A stretch of DNA of 63,977 nucleotides, counting the filler, from Octopus bimaculoides (lineage: Eukaryota), in assembly GCF_001194135.2 (NCBI RefSeq). It is 4 parts of 4 records of this genome, joined end to end, with 100 filler letters (N's around TTAATTAATTAA, not from the genome) between each part and the next. Parts side by side here need not be neighbours in the genome. Positions count along the whole stretch, not along the records: positions 5,419 to 32,339 come from NC_068986.1; 3 more parts are not named here. One strand, given 5' to 3'. Of this stretch, positions 11,615-22,659 are shown in pieces. The position numbers were made by a program, and so were the translations under genes. The notes under the pieces were generated by a model. The model saw only the letters and a list, made by a program, of their open reading frames with translations. It did no database searches and had not been told where the DNA came from. The stretch's first letter is position 1. The number at the start of each line of letters is the position of its first letter.

Positions 11615-12190
11615 AACATAAAAAAGGTTGTGTAGCCACTGTTGAAACACACGAAGAAGGCCTGCGTCATCAAAACTGAAAATTGTGTAAGAAAAATTTT
11701 AACAAGAAATGAACAAAAAAGCATGAAAGGAAAAAAATGTACGGTCAGTTTACAAGAGATGTGAACGCTAAAAGACATAGGAAACCGGACATTGTTGTGG
11801 TGAAAAAGAAAGAACATATATGGTTATCGACATAGAATCCCACGGTGATAACAGAAGCAATGTGAAACAAGAAAAATTAACAACTACGCCGAAGTGGGAA
11901 ATACAATGGTTGTGGTCAATGAAGAGAGTAGACGTGATACCAGTAATAATTGGTGCACTTGGAAGTATCACCACTCAACTACCAACATGGCTGAGAAAGA
12001 TCGGTGCAAGTGTGAAGGTAGAACACCTACAACAATCAGCATTGCTTGGAACTGCGAGAATTCTTCGCAGAGACCAGTAAACAAGTGGTCAAGTAGCCTG
12101 ACTAGTGAACAAGTGTCACCTTAGTCAGCCGGCTGTAGACAACTGACACTTTCCATCATAAGCTATGAGTTTTAATGTAATATAATAGTA
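11615..12190 (+). mobile_element. Internally deleted R4/Dong-type 3' fragment
   Basis: ..KGKKMYGQFTRDVN is joined directly to HRKPDIVVVKKK..DIE..GD.R..KQEK..KWEIQWLWSMKRVDVIPVIIGALGSI..LQQSALLGTARILRR*. It begins in a (TAC)n(TAA)n tract. Confidence 0.88.
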
Positions 12191-12227
12191 AAAATGATAA
12201 TTTCTTTTATTAACCACAGAGGTATAT

Positions 12228-12590
12228 TTGTTGGCACTCCGTCGCTTACGACGACGAGAGTTCCAGTTGATCCGTGAAATTAACGTGCAAGTGGCTGAGC
12301 ACTCCACAGACATGTGTACCCTTAACGTAGTTCTCGGGGATATTCAGCATGACACATTGTGACAAGGCTGACCCTTTGAATTACAGGCACAACAGAAACA
12401 GGAAGTAAGAGTGAGAGAAAGTTGTGGTGAAAGAGTACAGCAGGGTTCGCCACCATCCCCTGTCGGAGCCTCGTGGAGCTTTTAGGTGTTTTCGCTCAAT
12501 AAACACTCACAACGCCCGGTCTGGGAATGGAAACCGCGATCCTATGACCGCGAGTCCGCTGCCCTAACCACTGGGCCATTGCGCCTCCAC
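12228..12590 (-). mobile_element. SINE family C, full length, with a 12-bp TSD
   Basis: tRNA-like head with A box TGGCCCAGTGG and a mutated B box. Flanks are acagaggtatat (12216-12227) and acagaagtatat (12591-12602). It is nearly identical to the copy at 35899-36299. Confidence 0.93.
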
Positions 12591-13480
12591 ACAGAAGTAT
12601 ATATCAGAAGGACATTACAAGGACAGACAAAAATTTGTGTAGGGAATTACATAGAGAATGAGCAGAAAGAATTGAGAAAGACAGTGAAATGCAGTAGTCG
12701 TCCTGATACGGGAAAAACCCCAACTAGGGACAATGAGGGAACTCCACAGATTCAGGATTACTCTGACCACCAAAGGTACGAACCCTCTCGCCTGCTTTCC
12801 AATCTATAGGCTTTTGTTTAAAATGGAATTCAGATGATTTAAAAAAAATATATATATATATCTTTAGAATTCGAATTAGAGAGTGTTTATTGTACAGTAG
12901 CAAAGAATATGATGCATAAGCAATATTCTAAGCGTTACTCTCTCTCTCCACACACACACACACACCTACACACTCACATACACACTCACACACACATGTG
13001 CACACGAGCACATGCATTTGTACATACTCTCACACCATTATTTCTGTGTGTTTATATGAGTCCGTTTAGTAAATGCGAATTTGAACAACTCTCTGCTCTT
13101 AAATAACCTTAATGCTATAATGAAGTAATTATAAGGACCGTTTCGGTAAATTCGGTATTTCTATGAAACATTGATAGTTTCAGACTTTGATTAATCTGCT
13201 GTCTGTTTAGCTAAATTACCCCAACACTGATGTGATTGTCAGATCTGTTCTTCTAAACCTGCTCATTACTTAATCTCTTCAAATGTGTTCTTAAGTAAAC
13301 ACCGTTGATTCTTAAAGTTTCTCTCACACGCAGATGTAACACACACACTCTCTCTCTCTACACGAGAAACCAATGTTAACAATGTCTTAACGTCACATAT
13401 CACCTAATGTACTAAGTTTGAATTTATATATGGAAACACACGGAACTTATTTGCGCATGTGTATATATATATATAGTTCA

Positions 13481-13540
<60 letters not shown>

Positions 13541-13739
13541 CATCTATCTCGTTGTTTGTCAACCTGTCTGCATGCCTGCTTGCCTGCATGTCTGACTGCA
13601 TGTCTGTCTATATAAATGCATGATGTGTATATATTTATTTACACGTAAGTGTGCATGTGATTTCATGCATAAAAACACACACACATTATTAGCAACAGAT
13701 GCCGTATAATTTAGCGCATGTATGTACATATATACAGTA

Positions 13740-13808
<69 letters not shown>

Positions 13809-14748
13809 NNNNNNNNNNNNNNNNNNNNNNNNNNNNNNNNNNNNNNNNNNNNNNNNNNNNNNNNNNNNNNNNNNNNNNNNNNNNNNNNNNNNNNNNNNNN
13901 NNNNNNNNNNNNNNNNNNNNNNNNNNNNNNNNNNNNNNNNNNNNNNNNNNNNNNNNNNNNNNNNNNNNNNNNNNNNNNNNNNNNNNNNNNNNNNNNNNNN
14001 NNNNNNNNNNNNNNNNNNNNNNNNNNNNNNNNNNNNNNNNNNNNNNNNNNNNNNNNNNNNNNNNNNNNNNNNNNNNNNNNNNNNNNNNNNNNNNNNNNNN
14101 NNNNNNNNNNNNNNNNNNNNNNNNNNNNNNNNNNNNNNNNNNNNNNNNNNNNNNNNNNNNNNNNNNNNNNNNNNNNNNNNNNNNNNNNNNNNNNNNNNNN
14201 NNNNNNNNNNNNNNNNNNNNNNNNNNNNNNNNNNNNNNNNNNNNNNNNNNNNNNNNNNNNNNNNNNNNNNNNNNNNNNNNNNNNNNNNNNNNNNNNNNNN
14301 NNNNNNNNNNNNNNNNNNNNNNNNNNNNNNNNNNNNNNNNNNNNNNNNNNNNNNNNNNNNNNNNNNNNNNNNNNNNNNNNNNNNNNNNNNNNNNNNNNNN
14401 NNNNNNNNNNNNNNNNNNNNNNNNNNNNNNNNNNNNNNNNNNNNNNNNNNNNNNNNNNNNNNNNNNNNNNNNNNNNNNNNNNNNNNNNNNNNNNNNNNNN
14501 NNNNNNNNNNNNNNNNNNNNNNNNNNNNNNNNNNNNNNNNNNNNNNNNNNNNNNNNNNNNNNNNNNNNNNNNNNNNNNNNNNNNNNNNNNNNNNNNNNNN
14601 NNNNNNNNNNNNNNNNNNNNNNNNNNNNNNNNNNNNNNNNNNNNNNNNNNNNNNNNNNNNNNNNNNNNNNNNNNNNNNNNNNNNNNNNNNNNNNNNNNNN
14701 NNNNNNNNNNNNNNNNNNNNNNNNNNNNNNNNNNNNNNNNNNNNNNNN

Positions 14749-14796
<48 letters not shown>

Positions 14797-14809
14797 ATAC
14801 ACACACACA

Positions 14810-15095
14810 GATATGAAAAGAAATTTGGTAATAAAGATAACCTGAATATGAGGACTGAACATAAACAGTTCCTGCTTCAATAGTTGCTGCTGAAATCATT
14901 AAGAACTAGCAAATACGTAAACGAAGGCGCACCATTTGCACTCTATACACAACGAGTAACACTACTAAGCGTCGCACACAGATCATTTAAATTACTGCCA
15001 ACCCAATGAATAATGTAAAACTAACAGAAAACTTTACATGCCCCAGGCGCACAGAGCTGTATTCAGTAGTGAAATAAAATCACGTAACTATAATA
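14810..15095 (+). mobile_element. Highly degraded R4/Dong-type 3' end
   Basis: QRVTLLSVAHRSFKLL resembles the C-terminal QKIALLGTAHILRK motif. The 3' UTR motif caggcgcacagagctg..tagtgaa is shared with 30088-30250 and 34860-35085. Confidence 0.65.
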
Positions 15096-15139
15096 TGGCT
15101 GGAGATACAAAAATTGGCATACAGCCAGGAGTTTAGAGG

Positions 15140-15525
15140 GAAGGGGCTAACGAAAAGATAAAAGGCAAAGCAGATCGTGGGAGTAAAGGACCGGAAGAAA
15201 TGACGAACGGTATTTTGTCCGATGCGCTAATGATGCTGATATCTCACTACCTTACGACTGAAAATAATCCTTTCTACTATAGGCACGAAACCTGAAATTC
15301 TAGGGTGTAAGTCGATTACATCGATCCCAGTGTTTTACTGGTACTTATTTTATCGACCCCACTGCTCAATTGGTACTTATTTTATCGACCCTATCCTCAA
15401 CTGGTACTTATTTTATCGACTCCGAAGGATGAAGACTCCATCTCGGCAGAACTTAAAGACGGATAAAATGACGCTAAACTCTTTTGACCAGCGTGCTAAC
15501 TACTCTGCCTCTTCGTCGCCTCTTA
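15140..15525 (-). mobile_element. Two SINE-B copies, one with an internal triplication
   Basis: Family-B core. tggtacttattttatcgac occurs at 15339, 15371 and 15402. Confidence 0.85.
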
Positions 15526-16169
15526 CTACTGAAAAAAATAATAATAACATTTGGGCAATAGGTCTTGTTAGAATCGAAACTGAGCAATGAACAAGACTAA
15601 ATTGCTTCGCGAAATATGTCAGGGTAGTGTAAGTTGTAAACTGCATAGAAATGAATATATCAAAAGACGGAGGCATAAATAGTATTACCATACTCGATTG
15701 CTATATTACATATACGTAGAATTTCTTGCGTGAATCTTCTCTCATAATTCACATCGCGAAATGTCAACGCCATGAACGGAATAGTTTTCTTTCCATTAAT
15801 TTTATTTGTTGTTCAAGGTTGGAACAACATAAGCTCGTAATGTATTTAGTGCCAATGGTACTATTATATATATACATGCATGAAAATAGATGTGCGGCCT
15901 AGGAATTACTTTTAATAATTTACGGTTTCGTTCCTACATATATATATATAGGTGCGTGCGTGTGTGTGTGTGTGTGTATGTGTGTAGATTTATGAACAAA
16001 TCTGCTCCCGTCGTTTATAAATGGAATTTTTCGTTGTAACTCGTCATATATAGAGGGGATGTTTTGCATTATATTTGGCACAAACTTCATAAATGGACGT
16101 CCCGGGAAATATTTATTTTGACCAAATAAGAAATATATGACCCATTACCTAAAGGGTAGTCAGTCAAAT

Positions 16170-17727
16170 TAAATTGTCCAACAAATTTCACGATAAAAAA
16201 AAACATAGTTCTCAGGTACATGTTATTATGAAGTTAATTGTGCTAAATTCGAATTTTATAACAGAAATTTCCTATCTCGTCACATTTTCTTGAAAATTAC
16301 CGTCTTAATAAGCTATGCAATTTATTCCAATTTCCACGAGTTATTTTGCTCTCAAAGTTAGATTAAATATGTTCATTGTAATTAATTCATAAATACATAA
16401 TGAATCGGCATGTTTGTTAGCATTATATAATGTAAAAACCTTCATTTTAAGATTTTCTTCTTCGTTTATAAGACGTCTTATGTGTGTCGCGTTTCAGGTT
16501 TCAGCAGAAGTCAACCAGCATAGCCGGGCTCCATTTTCCCTTATACCTGTTTTCCATTGACACCATATCTTGATGGAACCTCTCTCCATGTTTATCGCTC
16601 ACATCTCCTGCATTCTCTGGGAAGAACAGATGAGAATGAAGAAAGTGTATCTTTAGCAACATATTGCATCCGAGATCTTGGTAGCACTGGATCAGGCTCT
16701 CTACTATACTCTCTCGCTGGACCACTTGGTGCTTTCCCAGAAGTCCTTTGCATACATCATTGAATGCATGCCAGGCCGCTAACTCAGTTTCGAAGTCTTC
16801 CTCAGCTATAAATTGACGAAACTGAGGGCCTACGAATATGCCTTCTTTAATCTTGGCATCACTTATTTTGGGGAAGATCGCCTTGAAGTATTGGAAACCT
16901 GGCTTGTTATATTGCAGGGCTTTGGTAAATTGCTTCATTAGGCTTAGTGTTATATGATCTTCGCCTTCTTAACTAGTAGCTCAATATTTACATTATGGCA
17001 CCCATAATAGGCGTCATAGTTTCTCAAGGTGGCCATTCTGAGCGTACATAATGTTCTGGTCTGGCCCTACTGTCCCACTCGCAAAGGAAACAAGTGTATC
17101 CCACTTCTAAAGGAAGCAAACTTGGAGTATCCAGTTTGCATCCCATTACGTAGGGCTACAACTTTCAAGTCCACACAAATTAGCCATTCATGCTCCTTGT
17201 AACTTATGCAGTCTAGAATAGAAGCGAGGTTCTCAAATGTCTCTCTTAAAATGACCGAGTGAGCAATTGGAACTGAAGGCATAGTGTTCCCAATGTGCAA
17301 CAAAACCGCTTTTATGCTGTAAAGGGATGCATCAATGAATAACCACCACTCACCTGCTTTATAGGTCAGCTCAGAGGCATTGAATAGGTCTCTGATATCG
17401 TTGTTTTCCAAAGTGAAGAATTGCTGTAGATCTGCAGAACGTTTCCTAAATACTGTCATTCGAACATCTTTATCCAACAGTTTCCATTGTTGCAGTAATG
17501 AAGCCAGGTCTTCACTCTGTTGCTTAGCAAGTGTTAGTTCACGAACTAGATCATTGAGCTCAGGTTGGGTGATGGGGTGTGGTTACTTGTCAGATGTACC
17601 ACGGATTTGGACCCCTCACCCATATAACTATAAAAATATTGAGTGTATTTTTATAATTATCATAGGTTACGTTAACACATACAATAGGAATACCCCATTA
17701 AAATTATATACAAAATCTGTTGATAAC
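16170..17727 (-). mobile_element. DNA transposon relic, Chapaev3-like (CMC superfamily) transposase, N-terminus deleted
   Basis: PHPITQPELNDLVREL..QWKLLDKD; WWLFIDASLYSIKAVLLHIGNTMPSVPIAHSV; WLICVDLKVVAL..GMQTGYSKF; MKQFTKAL..FPKISDAKIKEGIFVGPQ; LGCNMLLKIHFLHSHL; DVSDKHGERFHQDM..ENRYKGKW. It carries frameshifts and deletions. The transposase call is strong; the family name comes from recall. Only weak terminal-repeat remnants remain (16174-16188 vs 17712-17727). Confidence 0.75.
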
Positions 17728-17845
17728 TTTTAGAGTTGACACTTTCGGCCCAATCTTGTTTGCACTTAATTCGTACGGAACCATCAGTGAATTTAACGTA
17801 AGATGGAAATTTACGAGAAACTGGAGAGTCACTGAAAGAAAGGTT

Positions 17846-18177
17846 TGTTATATTCGTGATCTACACACAAAGCGCCCCTAGAATATATCTGTAACTGCAT
17901 ATGGTATTGGTTATTTCAGTTTCTATTCGTAGGGTCGCGTCTGCTGTTTATAATGAACTGGCAAAGAAAGGTGGTGTTTTGGTGGGATTCCGACCACCCT
18001 TCAAGCAACTGGAGGTGAACTGTCACATTGTTATAAAACAAAGAACTGTGAGCGCTTGGCATTTCGTGTTGGTAGCAGTTCACTGTGAGCTTTTGATATA
18101 GAGCGTTGAATCTTGTGTAATAGTAATAGTAGTCCGTCGTGTATATGCTTTCTTCCCCACTGTTTCGTTATATTACA
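17846..18177 (+). mobile_element. Putative 5' LTR of the adjacent Gypsy element
   Basis: Begins TGTTATAT and ends ATATTACA (TG...CA termini, 7/8 inverted match), and lies immediately upstream of the gag-like frame. No matching 3' LTR was found. Confidence 0.6.
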
Positions 18178-21100
18178 TATTCACTGGAATTAATAAAATG
18201 TCTGAAAATACTTTAGGTTCGTACTCACCAGACAGCATAGAAAACTCAATTGAGGAATTCTGCTATAACCCAGAACAAGGGTTTACCTTCTCTGCATAGT
18301 TTCGTAGATACATAGAAATCTTCAAAGAAAAGTGTAAAAGTTGGTACTACAAGAAAAATGTACGACTATACCCTGTCGAACATAAAAAAATATAGTAATT
18401 ATATTTTGCCGAAAAAACCAGGTGAGATTTGTTTCGATGAAATGATTAATATTTTATTGAAAATTTTCAGTGAAGTTCCCTTTTCAATACTCGCTGGCAA
18501 TGTTTAGATTTGGTCAAAAAAGATGAAGATTTCGTCACCTATGCCGGAGTGGTTAACAGAGAATGTGAGAAATTCATATTGAATGAGTTAACTCCGGACA
18601 TCTTCAAGCCTTTAATATTTGTTCAAGGGCTTACTTCAAATAAAGGTGCAGATATACGTTCCCAGATATTAACAAAATTAGAACAGGACCAAAATTTAAC
18701 TCTGCAGACAGTAGCAGAAGAATGCCAGAGTATTATTAATTTACGGCATGATGCAAATATAGCTGAAAAGAAAGGTTGTTCTCATATTCAAGCGTGTCGA
18801 CCGGTAACGAATAAGAAAATAGACAAAAGAAAAATGCTACAAATGTGGTAAAATAGGCCATAAAATGTCGAATTGTAGGATAGAACCTAAAAATCGGTTC
18901 AACAGAAAATATCACGCAAAAGGTTTATCGGTGAGGAAAAATACGAACGAACCTTGAAGCAAATTTGTGTATGCAAAAATTAATTACACAAACGTGAAGT
19001 TGCAATTGGATACAAGCAGCGATATCTCAATAATTAACACAGATACTTGGAGAAAATCGGGAGACCTAAATTAAATGTTATATTTACTTTACATGAAGTA
19101 TTACAATGTTACGTTCTTTGATTATCTCCCTTGAAAACACGTTCATCGTTTCAACGTAACTTATGGTGGCATTGCTGTTTCCAAACTTTATTTTCGTTTC
19201 TCTATTAGTAATTTTACTCGCGTTTTGTGTGTTTGTATCACTCAAGTGTTAGGTCATAGTTGTTTCTATTTAGTGAAAATAGCTTGCTTCAGATGATGCC
19301 TGTTTTCAAAGTTTTTTTTTTCAAATCATATGACTGTTATTTTATTCATTTTGTTTTTGTAACCCCGCCAAAGAGGTTGTTTTTGTTGGCGTTGGTTTGA
19401 GAAATTGGGCGATTTTCAGCATACGTATATGTGGGTGGAAATGAGTTGCTTGGCGGACTTACTCTGAGTGAAGAAAAGTGTGAATTTTTCTTACCGAAAA
19501 TAAGATATTCAGGATAAATCATTGACAGGAATGGCCGTCGACCAGATCCCTCAATTAAAAATATGCCCTCTCCGACGAATATAGCGACCTTAGAAACATA
19601 TTTGGAATTGGCGAAATATTACCAAAATTATATTTCAAATATGTATAAGGTGAGGGTTCCACTGAATAATCTGCTGAAAAAAGATATGAAATGGAATTGG
19701 TCGGAAAATTACAAAAAAGGGTGTTTGACGAAATTTAAAAAATATCAATATCTGATTTGTCGTTAGCACGCTTCAATCCTGCAGTGAAGATTGGTGTAGC
19801 TACAGGCGCTTCCGAGTACAGTACGGGAGCAGTAATGCTAGGTAAATATAAAGATGCTCCACATTCTCTGATATCAGTACAGAAAAATTATAGTCAAATC
19901 GAATAAGAAGTTCTAGCGATCATTTTTGCTGTGAAAAAAATTTCACATGTTTTTACACGGTAGAAGTTTTCGTCTACAGATTGATCACCGTCCGTTATTA
20001 TCGATATAAGGGTCGAAAAAAGGAATTCCTACCCATACTGCTAATAGGTTACAACTACAACGCTGGAGTACGATATTATTAAACTATGATTTCAAGATGG
20101 AGTATATACCATCCAAGAAACTAGGTCATGCGGATTGTCTATCAAGACTGATTTCGAAAAATGTGGAACCATTGGAAGATACCGTGATTGTTGCTTTGCG
20201 AGCATAAAATAAAATTTAAAAAATGTCGTGTGTAAGGTTATTCGTGAACTGTTAGTGACTTTACAAGATATAAAATTAAAACCGGAAAACAATAAATATT
20301 TTATAAAAAATAAAAGAAATACTGAAAGCTAAAAGAGACGCGCAATACAAATGTGAACAATTTCTCACTGTGTGACAATATGTTGGTGTATGCACAAAGA
20401 GTCGTAGAGCCAGCTACACTACATAAGCGATTACTAAAGGAATTTCATATAGGTCACCCGATTTCTTGATTGAAATTGTTAATGAGAAGTTACGTATATT
20501 GGCCATCAATGGACCGTGACATTGAAAACATGCAAAGGGTGTGCCTTAGCTGCAAAATTACCTATCACCAAATGGTAACCGTGACCATAAATAGATGTTC
20601 CATGGGCCAGACTGCATATTCATTACGTAGGTCCATTTAAGGGCTCATATTACCTTGTGGTGGTGGATAGTTTTTCGAAGTGACCTGAAGTGCATAAATA
20701 TAAAAAGCCGACATCAGCGGCTACAAGCTTTTACACGAATTGTTTGCCAGGTATGGTATTCCGAATACCATTGTGTCTGATAATGGAACTCAATTTCTGT
20801 TAGACGAGTTCAGAAAATTTTGCAAAATGCTCATTATCGAACATGTCACCACTCCGCCCTTTCATCCTAGGTCAAAAGGGCAAGTGGAGCGCTTTGATGA
20901 CACTTTCAAGAAGGCGTTGAAAAAGGCGAACAATAAAGTGATGGACAATTTTGTACTTCAACAATTTCCGAGAGTGTTCCGAGCAATGTTTAATCTGAAT
21001 ACACCCCCGGGAATGTCACCTGCAGAATTGATGTTTGCTAGAAAGGTCAGATCCGTCTTTGATAAGCAGATACCTAGTAAAAATAAGAAAAAGCAAACAA

Positions 21101-21235
21101 CAAAAATACTACAAAATTCTTGAAGTTAGGCGATAAAGATTTTTTTATAGCTTATCGATATAGTAAAGAGAGTTGGGAGGACGGTGTAATAATTAAACAA
21201 ATTGGAAGAATGAAATTCCTGGTAAAAGGAAAAAA
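18178..21235 (+). mobile_element. Ty3/Gypsy LTR retrotransposon relic (gag, protease, RT C-terminus, RNase H, integrase), pseudogenised
   Basis: Gag: FVTYAGVVNRECEKF..FVQGL. Protease: KINYTNVKLQLDTSSDISII. RT: EKCEFFLPKIRY. RNase H: ATGASEYSTGAV, NYSQIE*EVLAIIFAVKK. Integrase: PWARLHIHYVGP, FARYGIPNTIVSDNGTQF, TPPFHPRSKGQVERF. Domain order PR-RT-RH-IN defines Gypsy. Confidence 0.93.
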
Positions 21236-21249
21236 GCTCGACGCTTTTT

Positions 21250-21560
21250 TTACTTTCTGATTTCAAACGCCGCTGAGATCAACTTTGCCGTTTATCCTTT
21301 CGGGGTCGATAACATAAAGCGCCAGTCAAATAGTGGAGTCAGTGTAACTGAATAAGTCCATTACCTTTAAAATTGCCGGCCTTGTGCCATAATTTGAAAC
21401 ATTATTATTGAAGGGAAGTGGTGTTCGCATTGTTAGAGCGCCTAACAAAGTGGTTTGCAACACTTATTTACATGCCTTTACGTTCCGAGTTCAAGTTCTG
21501 TCCCAGAACAACTTCACTGTTCATCCTACTGGAATTGATAGAATTAAAGTACCACTGAAT
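21250..21560 (+). mobile_element. Two SINE-B fragments where the Gypsy relic ends
   Basis: Family-B core gagatcaactttgcc..tcctttcggggtcgata. Confidence 0.75.
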
Positions 21561-22659
21561 TAGTGAGATCAATTTAAACGGTTATACCGTCCACACAATT
21601 TTGTGTTTTCGCTAATGTTATGGTGATTACGTCGCAATAAGGACAATGACGGCACAATGGCGACTATAACGTCATAACGATGATAGTGACGATACTAATG
21701 GTGTTGTATTAAATGTAGCGTTGTTAACTGGAAGTAAATACGAGTATGCTATTTGATGCTGTTGGTAGTGAAGGTGTCTTTATCGATTCTAGTAGAATAT
21801 ACAAACGGTTTATATCTGTAATTTTGAAGTGAGATACTATAGTAGAAAGTGAAGCAGTAATGAGAGAAATATTTCAATCATTGGCCATGTTGAAGTCGTT
21901 TGACAACATCAAAGTCCTTTAAAGATCATTGGAAATATCAAAAAGTAAAAATCCAATGACCTTCTCACTTTACCATTTTTTGGTTGTTTACAGTCGAATT
22001 AGCTAATCAAGAATTAAGAGCGATTTCTCTGAATTCACTGATTCCTAATTAACTCATATTTCTTTTGCGAATAATGATTTTATGAAATAATCCATGATAT
22101 AAAAGTTAAATTTAATATTTGATGTTTGTAGCACGATTAAATTCTATGGTGTTATAATATCGTAGTAATTCTGTGTGTGAGTGTGTCTGTGTGAGAATGT
22201 GTGTGTATGTGTATGTGTATGTGTGTGTGTGTGTGTGTCTGCGCGCGCGCGCGTGTAAAGACAAGTTTAGCTGAAGTTTAGGTCTTGGATACAGTAGACA
22301 CGTGATGTAGTTCATATAAGAAATTTGTGATGTCGTGTGTAGACAAGAATTAAATCTAATGCAAACCTATTGTGTATATATGCTTAGATCTGACGAGTTC
22401 AGATCTTTTGAAGCAATGTAAAGATGTGGGTATCTATTAAAGATTTGTTACGATAATATGTAGTAGTTGATGTTACTTTTTAACCACATTTCAGTAATGA
22501 TCGAACAGGTCTACGATTAAGCGAATATAAACCCCTGCCGTAAGCATCCCGTCTTTTCGTATACCTAGGACTACATTGTGCAATGTATCCTTCCTTAGAA
22601 AAACAGCTAGTTGTAAGTTGAGAGAATTTGGCTGCTCTTTTTAACAATGTAGATAATTT

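Noticed and set aside
12530-12590. tRNA-like sequences here and at the heads of families A, C and D
   Set aside because: They are SINE heads continuous with SINE bodies, with no complete acceptor stem.
13559-14899. Longest ORFs in the track (364-446 aa), and similar ones at 8246, 24318, 29665, 39516, 57041 and 58851
   Set aside because: They consist of N gaps plus dinucleotide repeats.
15339-15420. CRISPR-like repeat-spacer pattern
   Set aside because: The context is eukaryotic SINE-internal, the spacers are only 12-13 bp, and there are no cas genes.
21994-22052. Good plus-strand acceptor followed by ELANQELRAISLNSLIPN*
   Set aside because: It is only 19 codons with no identifiable upstream partner, within chance expectation.
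22386-22416. CTGACGAG within the hairpin AGATCTGA..TCAGATCT near the Naiad relic
   Set aside because: There is no GAAA after the stem, and it is on the opposite strand to the element.
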